From assembly GCA_029976025.1 (NCBI GenBank), contig JARKNX010000109.1, positions 3,085 through 67,084 of the forward strand: a stretch of 64,000 bases of DNA. Direction: 5' to 3'. Shown in pieces: positions 29,444-37,348 of this stretch. Under the pieces are notes generated by a model. That model searched no databases and was not told the origin of the DNA. It saw only the letters and a program-made list of their open reading frames with translations. Made by a program: the position numbers and the translations under genes. Position 1 is the stretch's first letter, and every line of letters begins with the position of its first letter. The stretch comes from Aggregatilineales bacterium (GTDB taxonomy: Bacteria > Chloroflexota > Anaerolineae > Aggregatilineales > Ch27).

Positions 29444-29920
29444 CTACGGGGCAGGCGCATTCAATTCTTCCAGAACGGCCAGCAGCCCGGCGTTGGGCGG
29501 GATATCGCGCATGGTGCGGCCGTAATGAGCATAGCGGGCGATCCCGGCCTTATCAACGATGACCTGGGCCGGCATCCTGCCCAGCCTGAACAGGCTGACT
29601 TCCTGCCCGTACAGCTTGAGGACGGCGTGCCCGGGGTCGGGCAGGCCGATGAAGGGCAGGGCGTTCTCAGTGAAATAGCGCCTGAACCGGTCGGCCTGCT
29701 CCGGGCCGATGACGAGGATAGCGGTCTGCTGTTCGATGAAACGCTGGTAGTCCTGGCGCAACTGCGCCATGTGCGCGCGGCAGAACGGTCACTGGAAGCC
29801 GCGGTTGAAGACCAGCAGGACATTCTGCTGCCCTTTGAACTGTGCGAGCGTCACGCGCTCGCCCCGGAAGTCATCCAGCGCGAAATCCGGGGCCGGGACG
29901 TTCAGGGCTACTTCGGACAT
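29444..29920 (-). CDS. AhpC/TSA-redoxin family thiol peroxidase/oxidoreductase with an in-frame TGA at the catalytic position (candidate Sec, UxxC) or a recent nonsense pseudogene
   Basis: One continuous frame from ATG 29918-29920 to the stop at 29444. It reads MSEVALNVPAPDFALDDFRGERVTLAQFKGQQNVLLVFNRGFQ-TGA-PFCRAHMAQL... The TGA (29789-29791) sits where the family has the first Cys of CPxC. The ORF track splits this gene. Confidence 0.6.
29752..29771 (-). promoter_or_regulatory. SECIS-like hairpin downstream of the in-frame UGA
   Basis: mRNA CAUGGCGC-AGUU-GCGCCAGG: 6 contiguous bp, one A/G mismatch and a closing C-G. The apical loop AGUU contains GU and begins 25 nt after the UGA. Confidence 0.45.
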
Positions 29921-29982
29921 AGTCTGTTGTTTCCTCTGGTCAGGAGCCGGCGCGCCCTCCGCATCGGACAGGGGGCGGCGAA

Positions 29983-30702
29983 TCAGGCGTCATCGGCTTT
30001 CGATTCGGCGGAGGCGCCCTCCGGGGGCGGGGCGTTGTCCGCCTCTGGCTCAGCCGGCCTGTTCACCACCGGCTTCGGGATACGCTGAAGGCGATGCGCT
30101 GGCGACGGCGTGCCCCGGCGAATGACAGGGGCGGGGAAGGGCCGGGGTGATGGGGCCGCCGGCGGCGCTTCGGCCTCCCAGGCCTGCCGGAATTCGGCCA
30201 GCCATTCCAGTTCGGTCAGCGCCAGGCGCAGGCTGTAATCGTAGATAGCGCGTATAGCCAGCGGCTGGATCTTCGGGTTATGGGTGCGCTTGCTGCGGGC
30301 GCGGTTCAGCTCGGCCACGTGGGAGCGCAGCCGGGACTCGTAGGCGTCGAGGGCGTGGCGCACCTGATCCGGGCGCAGGTGGTGCATGTTAGCCAGCCCC
30401 AGCACGAAGTCCGAGCCGAGATCGTGGGGGGTGCTGAGCAAATCGGCGATGGCCGTCTGCAGGATACGGCGCCCGGCGTCGGTGAGCTGGTACACCTTGC
30501 GGGTCGGGCCGCGCTCGCTTGGCGCGAGTTTGCTGCTGAGCAGGCCGTCATGCTCCAGCTTATTGAGGACGTAATACACCGACGAAAAGCCAATGGCGGT
30601 CCATTCGCGCAATCCGCGCTCATCGATCGCCTGTTGTATCTGGTAGCCGTGCTGCGGCCCTTCGGCCACCAGGCTCAGGAGCACCAGTTCCGCATCGGTC
30701 AT
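29983..30702 (-). CDS. PadR family transcriptional regulator with a long C-terminal extension
   Basis: Winged-helix N-terminus LVLLSLVAEGPQHGYQIQQAI......SSVYYVLNKLEHDGLL. Confidence 0.85.
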   Translation of the reverse strand: MTDAELVLLSLVAEGPQHGYQIQQAIDERGLREWTAIGFSSVYYVLNKLEHDGLLSSKLAPSERGPTRKVYQLTDAGRRILQTAIADLLSTPHDLGSDFVLGLANMHHLRPDQVRHALDAYESRLRSHVAELNRARSKRTHNPKIQPLAIRAIYDYSLRLALTELEWLAEFRQAWEAEAPPAAPSPRPFPAPVIRRGTPSPAHRLQRIPKPVVNRPAEPEADNAPPPEGASAESKADDA

Positions 30703-30781
30703 CGGTCTCCTCCTGCCGGTCAGTCCTGCCTGCTATTCCAGTTATAGCATGCATTGCCGGGAATCACATAACAAAACCGGA

Positions 30782-30886
30782 GGAAAGGCGGGCAGCAGAG
30801 GGAGACAGGTAGCGGGCAGCCGGTGTCCTTTGCGGCCCCCGCGGTTTCCGCTTGCTGGCTGGCCGTTGCCCGCTTTTCCGCCTTTG
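30782..30886. repeat. Intergenic repeat family B: purine-rich arm plus a partly complementary pyrimidine-rich arm
   Basis: GGAAAGGCGGGCAGCAGA (30782-30799) and AGCGGGCAGCCGG (30811-30823) are identical to blocks at 52828-52845 and 52817-52829. The complementary arm is GCCCGCTTTTCCGCCTTTG (30868-30886). Confidence 0.65.
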
Positions 30887-30940
30887 ACGGGCCGGGCGTT
30901 CTCTGCTACCGTAAAAGCGCGAACAAGGAGGGGTATCGCC

Positions 30941-31291
30941 ATGGCCGATCCCGGAGGGGGTCCCTACATCAATCCTGAGCGGGCTGCGCGGGCCAGCGCC
31001 AGCCTGGCCGATCCGGCGACCGCGGCGGCGGCGGCCAACCTGTTCAAGGCGCTGGCCGACCCGACCCGGGTGCGCATCATCTCTGCCCTGTCTAACACCG
31101 ATCTGTGCGTGGCCGACCTGACAACCCTGATCGGTATGGAGCAGTCGGCGGTCTCTCACCAGTTGCACACCCTGCGCAAGTGGCGGCTGGTGCGGAGCGA
31201 GCGGCGCGGGCGGCTGGTGTACTACCGCCTGGACGATGAGCATGTCCGCGATCTGCTCCAGCGCAGCCTGGAGCATGTGCATCATTCCTGA
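30941..31291 (+). CDS. ArsR/SmtB family metalloregulator
   Basis: LFKALADPTRVRIISAL...DLCVADL...SAVSHQLHTLR. AAGGAGG lies about 8 nt upstream of ATG 30941. Confidence 0.85.
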   Translation: MADPGGGPYINPERAARASASLADPATAAAAANLFKALADPTRVRIISALSNTDLCVADLTTLIGMEQSAVSHQLHTLRKWRLVRSERRGRLVYYRLDDEHVRDLLQRSLEHVHHS

Positions 31292-31299
31292 GGCGGGGA

Positions 31300-31818
31300 T
31301 CAGTTGAGGGAAGGGCCGTGATGATCGTCCGGCGGCTGTCCCCGGGGCCGGAGTTCTTCGACGGCCGGCCATTCGGCGGTGATATCCGCCGGCAGGTCGT
31401 CATCCGCTGCCTTAAATCTGGACGGCTGGTCCGGGGCGCCAGATAGTTTGGCCTTGCGTCCTTTGAATATCTCCGAAAGCACCCACAGGGTGGCCGCGCC
31501 CGCGAACAGCAAAAGATCGTCGAGGACGCGCGGCGGCGGCGTGAGCACAATGACCAGCAGGCCCAGCACGGCCATTGTGGCCGCCAGGGCGCGGAAGGTC
31601 GTGTGCAGCCCCTCCCGCGCGGCGGGATTCAGGGTGCGCTCCAGCCAGGGGACTGGCGGCTGGGAGACGATCATCGCGCCGCAGTGGGGGCAGAAGCGCG
31701 CTTTGGCCGGGACTGACTGGCCGCAGGCGCTGCACTGGCGATCCAGCTCCGCGCCGCAGCTCACACAGAACCGGGCGTGATCGGGATTTTCCTGCTGGCA
31801 ATAGGGGCACGGCTTCAT
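31300..31818 (-). CDS. Double zinc-ribbon membrane protein
   Basis: CPYCQ..FCVSCG and CSACG..FCPHCG, followed by two hydrophobic helices. Confidence 0.6.
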   Translation of the reverse strand: MKPCPYCQQENPDHARFCVSCGAELDRQCSACGQSVPAKARFCPHCGAMIVSQPPVPWLERTLNPAAREGLHTTFRALAATMAVLGLLVIVLTPPPRVLDDLLLFAGAATLWVLSEIFKGRKAKLSGAPDQPSRFKAADDDLPADITAEWPAVEELRPRGQPPDDHHGPSLN

Positions 31819-31887
31819 CGGGCGGACCTTCTTCCAGGACGGCGATGTTGCGCTGATTCGATTATAACACGGGCCGGGGTGTGCTGG

Positions 31888-32457
31888 TCAGGGCCTGACT
31901 CCCAGAATCAGGACCGGCACGTCAATATCGGCGACGCCTCTATGCTCCAGATCCCACACAAACTGTTCGAAATATGAGACGCCCGTTGACATCTGATCGG
32001 CCAGCTCTTTCAACGGCACGATCTCAATCCCGACCTGGATCACCCCCAGATTGCGGAAGATGGTCATCTTGGCGGCTACGTTGTATACCATGAAGGCATA
32101 CTTTCCAAATTGCACTTCCACGCCGACGTTATTTTTGACGAAATCCATTTCCCGGAAGGGGTAGGCAGCCGATTTCTGAGGAGTGTAATCCGCGGTGTAG
32201 TACCCCGTGGGATAGTCACAGTACTCCCGGTGTTTTTTCCAGCCCTTATTGTTGAACGCCTGGGCAAAAGCCTTGTTCAATAGCCGTGGACTATACAGAA
32301 TCCGCCCTGGCATTGTTTTTTCCCGACTCGGCCTGGTCAGGTATAGCCCAGCATCTATCGCAGAGATGATGGCTTCAACTTCAGCCAGCTCCTCCATATA
32401 ACTGGCCGTCAGAGCAGTCTGACCCTGATTGAATGAGTAGATTCCTCCGATACGCAT
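31888..32457 (-). CDS. Type II restriction endonuclease, BglII/BstYI family
   Basis: EMDFVKNNVGVEVQFGKY matches the BglII catalytic block DIDFGKRDTLVEVQFSNY, with the same D/E/Q spacing as BglII Asp84/Glu93/Gln95. C-terminal VPVLILG resembles BglII VPIRLVG. GC is visibly lower than the neighbours. Confidence 0.75.
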   Translation of the reverse strand: MRIGGIYSFNQGQTALTASYMEELAEVEAIISAIDAGLYLTRPSREKTMPGRILYSPRLLNKAFAQAFNNKGWKKHREYCDYPTGYYTADYTPQKSAAYPFREMDFVKNNVGVEVQFGKYAFMVYNVAAKMTIFRNLGVIQVGIEIVPLKELADQMSTGVSYFEQFVWDLEHRGVADIDVPVLILGVRP

Positions 32458-32546
32458 GAGTTCCTCCTGCTGCCCCCGATTATGAAGAGTGATATCGGGT
32501 TTATGGTAAAATACAGCGCACTACATAGTTCTGGTGAGATGCTCGC

Positions 32547-33500
32547 ATGACCAAGCAAATCCAGTTGGGTTTATTTGATGGCGTAACCCCACAAGATTTT
32601 GTGCTGGCCGATCGCTATACCCCTGAAGCGCACGTCACGCTATTTTGTGGAGACCGGTTAATCCTGCTGCGGCAAATCGCAGAATTGGGCGGGAAGGCAG
32701 AGTTGATCATTACGTCACCGCCCTACAATATCGGCAAAGAATATGAGACTCGCACCTCACTGCAAGAATACATTGAAAGCCAGCGGCAGACTATTGCCGC
32801 CTGCCTGAAAATCCTTTCGCCGACCGGCAGCATTTGCTGGCAGGTGGGACACTTCATTGATGGGCATAGCCGGTCCAAAGAGGCGTTTCCTCTTGATCTT
32901 GTCCTGTATCCTGTCTTCAAAGATTTTGGGCTGAAGCTGCGCAACCGCATTGTGTGGCAGTTTGGCCACGGCCTGCACGAAAATATCCGCTTTTCCGGCA
33001 GGCATGAGACTCTGTTGTGGTTCACCTGGGACACAGACGAGTACACTTTCAATCTTGACCCGATTCGGGTCCCCCAAAAGTATCCCGGCAAGCGGGCCTT
33101 TCGCGGGCCGCGTAAAGGACAGCCGTCCGGCAATCCCAAGGGGAAGAACCCCGGCGATGTCTGGGATATGCCCAATGTCAAATCCAACCACATCGAAAAG
33201 ACAGAGCATCCCTGTCAGTTCCCGGTTGCCCTGGTCGAGCGACTTGTGCTTGCCATGACCCATGAGGAAGATCTGGTCGTTGATCCTTACCTTGGGGTCG
33301 GTACAACGGCTGTCGCCAGCGTGCTGCACAATCGCCGCGCTGCCGGAGCCGACATCGAGAGCCGCTATCTGGAGATAGCGCGCGATCGGATCAGCCGGGC
33401 GCGAGCCGGGACGCTCCAGACCCGCCCGATGGACAGGCCCGTCTACGAACCGGGTGAGAATCTGTCTCTGGCGCAGATCCCCGATGAATGGAAAGAGTAA
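32547..33500 (+). CDS. Beta-class DNA methyltransferase (N4-cytosine or N6-adenine; the SPPY motif favours N4-C)
   Basis: Motif IV IITSPPYN precedes motif I VVDPYLGVGTT. Divergent from the BglII-like endonuclease gene, with an 89-bp spacer. Confidence 0.85.
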   Translation: MTKQIQLGLFDGVTPQDFVLADRYTPEAHVTLFCGDRLILLRQIAELGGKAELIITSPPYNIGKEYETRTSLQEYIESQRQTIAACLKILSPTGSICWQVGHFIDGHSRSKEAFPLDLVLYPVFKDFGLKLRNRIVWQFGHGLHENIRFSGRHETLLWFTWDTDEYTFNLDPIRVPQKYPGKRAFRGPRKGQPSGNPKGKNPGDVWDMPNVKSNHIEKTEHPCQFPVALVERLVLAMTHEEDLVVDPYLGVGTTAVASVLHNRRAAGADIESRYLEIARDRISRARAGTLQTRPMDRPVYEPGENLSLAQIPDEWKE

Positions 33501-33503
33501 CCC

Positions 33504-34286
33504 CTATTCCTCAGCGCGCAGGCGGCGGATGAAGTCCACCGATTGCAGGCGCTTCTCCAGCAGCGTCACCAGGTAGCCCAGCATCACGCGCTCAATTTCG
33601 GCGTGCAGCAGGCCGCTCAACTGGAGGGCGCTCACCCGCTCCCACGGCTCGCGCTGGAAGGCGCGCAGGGCGTGCAGGCCGCGCTGGCTGATGGCGACTG
33701 TCCGCTGGCGGGCCGGGTCCGGCAGCGCCGCCGCGCAGTCCGGGCAGACCACGCCGCCTTCGACCGGGCTGAAAGCCTGATCCCGGGCGATGATCTCCTC
33801 CCCGCCGATCACACAGCGCGTCAGCTCCGGGCGGAAGCCCACCGCGTCCAGCAGGCGCAGCTCGTAGAAGCGGGCGGCCACGCGCAGATCAGCTTCGCCG
33901 CACAGCCGGCGCAGGGTGACATCCAGCAGGGCGAACAGCGCCGCGCTCTCCGCGCCGTCCTCGTCGGTAGTGAAGCGGTCCAGCAGTTCCACCACATAGC
34001 TGGCGTAGGCTGTGCGGGGCAGCTCCTCGCGCAGCCGCAGGTACGGCTCCGTCATCTCCGCCTGGGAGATGATCAGCAGGTCGCGCCCGCGGTGGAGGAG
34101 CATATCTGACCGCGCGTACAGCTCGACGTGGCCGCTTTTGCGCGTCGTGGGCTTGCGGGCGCCTTTGGCGATCGCCCGCAGCTTGCCGTAGCGGGGGGTG
34201 AACAGGGTGAGCAGCCGGTCAGCCTCGCCGAAGTCCATCCGGCTGAGGATGATCGCGTCGCTGCGGAAAGTGCGTTCCTGGCCCAT
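33504..34286 (-). CDS. recO: DNA repair protein RecO
   Basis: N-terminal OB fold (AIILSRMDFGEADRLLTLFTPRYGKLRAIAKGARK) and a C-terminal zinc motif (CVIGGE....CPDC). Internal ATG at 34284-34286 chosen as the start. Confidence 0.85.
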   Translation of the reverse strand: MGQERTFRSDAIILSRMDFGEADRLLTLFTPRYGKLRAIAKGARKPTTRKSGHVELYARSDMLLHRGRDLLIISQAEMTEPYLRLREELPRTAYASYVVELLDRFTTDEDGAESAALFALLDVTLRRLCGEADLRVAARFYELRLLDAVGFRPELTRCVIGGEEIIARDQAFSPVEGGVVCPDCAAALPDPARQRTVAISQRGLHALRAFQREPWERVSALQLSGLLHAEIERVMLGYLVTLLEKRLQSVDFIRRLRAEE

Positions 34287-34453
34287 AGCGACAATTGTAG
34301 CGCCGCCGCCGGGGAAAGGGTACAGGCGCGGACAGCAGGCGGCGGTGACCCGGCGCTCCTTCCCCGCTCCCGGCGGCCTGTTTTCCCGCCCGGTTTTGCT
34401 ATCCGCTCGCCCGGCGGCGTACAATGAAGCCAGGAGGGAGAAAGGCGGGGCCG

Positions 34454-35545
34454 ATGAAGATTCTATTCTATGGCGCGGGGGTGCTGGGGAGCCTGCTGGC
34501 GGTGCGGCTGCACGCGGCGGGCCATGAAGTGCGGCTGCTGGCGCGCGGCAAGCGGCTGGAGGACCTGCGCCAGCACGGCGTTATCCTGGAAGACGCTGCG
34601 ACCGGCGTCCGCACGACCGCCTGGGTCCCGGTTGTGGACTCGCTCCAGCCGGATGATGTCTACGATCTGATCGTGGTCCTGCTGCGCAAGAATCAGGTCG
34701 CCGATGTGCTGCCGATCCTGGCCGCCAACACCGGGACTCCGGCCATCCTCTTTCTGGGCAACAATGCCGCCGGGCCGGGCGCGTACACGGCGGCGGTGGG
34801 GCGGGAGCGGGTGCTGACCGGCTTCGCCGTCGCCGGTGGGGCGCGGGAAGGGCACATCGTGCGCTATATGGCGCCGGACGGGCAGATCAAAGTGATAGCG
34901 GGCGAGCTGCACGGGCGCTTCACCCCCCGCCTGCACGACATTCTGGCCGCCTTCGCCGACGGCGGGATTGCGGTGGAAGCCTGCCCGGCCATGGATGCCT
35001 GGCTCAAGACGCATGTCGCCGTCATCAGCCCGCTGGCTAACGCCTTCTACGCCGCCGGGAGCAGCCTGCCCCGCGCCGCCAGCACGCCGGATGCCATCGT
35101 GCTGGGCATCCGCGCCGTGCGGGAGGGGCTGCGCGTCATCCGGGCGAGCGGGATGCCGATCATGCCGCCCCGGATGGTCCTGCTGGAGCGCCTGCCGGAG
35201 CCGCTGCTGGTGCTGCTGCTGTCGCGCACGGCCCGGTCTCCGCTGGCCGAGATTGCCATGGCCGCCCACGCCAGCGCGGCTCGCGACGAGATGGCGGCGC
35301 TGACGGAGGAGTTCCGCGCCCTGGCTGCTGAGACCGCGGTCCCCACCCCGGCGATTGATGCGCTGGCCCGCTACCTGGACCCGGACATGCCGCCCATGCC
35401 GGAGCGCAGCGCCGCCATCCCGATGCAGTGGCGGGGGATGCTGCTCACCGTCATAGTCGGGTTTCTGCTGCTTAACGCCGCCGTCAACCTGCTGGCTTAC
35501 CTGGCCGGCTGGCTGGCCCGCGACCGGATGCGCCGTGACCGGTAG
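34454..35545 (+). CDS. Ketopantoate reductase (ApbA/PanE) family oxidoreductase with a C-terminal TM helix
   Basis: MKILFYGAGVLGS Rossmann N-terminus and ApbA-like layout. GGAGGGAG lies upstream of ATG 34454. Confidence 0.65.
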   Translation: MKILFYGAGVLGSLLAVRLHAAGHEVRLLARGKRLEDLRQHGVILEDAATGVRTTAWVPVVDSLQPDDVYDLIVVLLRKNQVADVLPILAANTGTPAILFLGNNAAGPGAYTAAVGRERVLTGFAVAGGAREGHIVRYMAPDGQIKVIAGELHGRFTPRLHDILAAFADGGIAVEACPAMDAWLKTHVAVISPLANAFYAAGSSLPRAASTPDAIVLGIRAVREGLRVIRASGMPIMPPRMVLLERLPEPLLVLLLSRTARSPLAEIAMAAHASAARDEMAALTEEFRALAAETAVPTPAIDALARYLDPDMPPMPERSAAIPMQWRGMLLTVIVGFLLLNAAVNLLAYLAGWLARDRMRRDR

Positions 35546-35596
35546 CGCCGGGGCGCCTCACCCCGGCCGCCGGTTGTTCTTCCGCGGGGTGCCCTG

Positions 35597-37348
35597 ATGA
35601 ATCTGGACCGGCGGCTGCTGGCGCTGGCGCGAAAGGCGCGCTTCTGGCTGGCTCTGACACTGCTGGCCGGCGTGGCCGGCGGCGTCCTGCTGGTGGGGCA
35701 GGCTCGCGCCCTGAGCGCGGCTGTTAGCGGAGCTTTCCTGCAGGGCCGGGCGCTGGCCGATATCGCGCCGCTCTTGCTGGCGCTGGTCGCGGCGGCGCTG
35801 GGCCGGGCGGTCTGCACCTGGCTGGGGAGCGCCGCCGGCTACGAGGCCGCCGCGCGGGTCAAAGGCGACCTGCGCGAGCGCCTGTTCGCCCACCTGCTGG
35901 CCCTCGGCCCGGCCCACGTCGGGGGCGAGCGCAGCGGCGAGCTGGTGAGCGCGCTCACCGACGGCGTGGACGCCCTCGACGACTACTTCGGGCAGTACCT
36001 CCCCCAGATCGCGCTGGCCGCCCTGGTCCCGCTGACGTACCTGCTCTTTCTCTTCCCTGCCGATCCGCTTTCAGCCGTGATCCTGCTGGTCACGGCGCCC
36101 CTGATCCCGCTGTTCATGGTCCTGATCGGCGCCGCCGCCCGCCGCCTGACCCGCCAGCAGTGGGCGCTGCTCAGTCGGATGAGCGCCCATTTTCTGGATG
36201 TCCTGCAGGGGCTGACGACGCTCAGGCTGTTCGGGCGGAGCCGCCGCCAGATCGCCGTGATCGCCCGTATCGGCGACCAGTGGCGGGGGACGACGCTCGG
36301 CGTGCTGCGGGTGGCCTTCCTCTCCGCGCTGGCTCTGGAGCTGATCGCCACGCTCAGCACGGCGGTGGTGGCGGTGGAGATCGGCCTGCGCCTGCTGTAC
36401 GGGGGGATAGTCTTTGAGCAGGCGCTGTTTGTGCTGGTGCTGGCCCCGGAGTTCTACCTGCCACTGCGGGCGCTGGGGGTGCGCTTCCACGCCGGGATGG
36501 GCGGCGTGGCCGCCGCTGAGCGCCTGTTCGCGATTCTGGAAACGCCCCTCCCGCCGCGGCCAGAAAAGAGCGCCCCGCCCCCGGCCCGGATGCACATCAC
36601 TTTTGCCGGCGTGCGCTGCGCTTACGGCGGGGAGCGCGCCGCGCTGGACGGCGTCTCTTTCGCTATCGAGCCGGGCCAGCAGGTGGCGCTGGTCGGGCCG
36701 TCCGGCGCGGGCAAGAGCACGATCGCCGCCCTGCTGCTGCGCTTCATGACGGCGGAAGAGGGCGAGATTCGCGTGGACGGCGTCCCGCTGGGCGAGCTGG
36801 ACCCCGACGGCTGGCGGGCGCGGCTGGCCTGGGTCCCCCAGCGCCCGTACCTGTTCCACGCCAGCGCCCTGGAGAATATCCGGCTGGGCCGCCCGCAGGC
36901 CGGGCCGGACGAGGTGCGCTGGGCGGCGCGCCAGGCCGGCGCCGACGCCTTCATCGCGGCTCTGCCCGATGGCTACGATACGATCATCGGCGAGCGGGGG
37001 GCGCGGCTGAGCGGCGGGCAGGGCCAGCGCATCGCCCTGGCGCGGGCCTTCCTGCGCGACGCGCCGCTCCTGATCCTGGACGAGGCCACGGCCAACCTGG
37101 ACCCGGAGAGCGAGCGGCTGGTGACCGACGCCGTGCGCCGGCTGGCCCGGAACTGCACGAGCCTGATCATCGCCCACCGCCTGAGCACGGTGGCCGGGGC
37201 CGACCGCATCATCGTGCTGGCCGGCGGGCGGGTGGCCGAGAGCGGGACGCATGCCGATCTGCTGGCGACGGGCGGGCTGTACGCCCGGCTGGTCGCCGCC
37301 GGAAGCCCGGACGGAACGGAGGAGCCGGATGCCCGATCGGACTCCTGA
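35597..37348 (+). CDS. cydD: Thiol reductant ABC exporter subunit CydD
   Basis: 6-TM domain plus NBD (GPSGAGKST, LSGGQGQRIALARA, LILDEATANLD). Paired with a cydC-like gene. Confidence 0.8.
   Translation: MNLDRRLLALARKARFWLALTLLAGVAGGVLLVGQARALSAAVSGAFLQGRALADIAPLLLALVAAALGRAVCTWLGSAAGYEAAARVKGDLRERLFAHLLALGPAHVGGERSGELVSALTDGVDALDDYFGQYLPQIALAALVPLTYLLFLFPADPLSAVILLVTAPLIPLFMVLIGAAARRLTRQQWALLSRMSAHFLDVLQGLTTLRLFGRSRRQIAVIARIGDQWRGTTLGVLRVAFLSALALELIATLSTAVVAVEIGLRLLYGGIVFEQALFVLVLAPEFYLPLRALGVRFHAGMGGVAAAERLFAILETPLPPRPEKSAPPPARMHITFAGVRCAYGGERAALDGVSFAIEPGQQVALVGPSGAGKSTIAALLLRFMTAEEGEIRVDGVPLGELDPDGWRARLAWVPQRPYLFHASALENIRLGRPQAGPDEVRWAARQAGADAFIAALPDGYDTIIGERGARLSGGQGQRIALARAFLRDAPLLILDEATANLDPESERLVTDAVRRLARNCTSLIIAHRLSTVAGADRIIVLAGGRVAESGTHADLLATGGLYARLVAAGSPDGTEEPDARSDS

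Noticed and set aside
29461-29823. 120-aa minus-strand ORF overlapping the redoxin locus
   Set aside because: It is in a different frame from the conserved redoxin sequence. The redoxin frame (29444-29920 with the in-frame TGA) explains the region better.
30779-30800. GAGGAAAGGCGGGC resembling the RNase P RNA CR-I motif GAGGAAAGUCCGGGC
   Set aside because: The UCC of the consensus is missing. The intergenic space (about 220 nt) is too short for RNase P RNA, other conserved RNase P blocks are absent, and the same motif recurs at 52828 as part of a repeat family.
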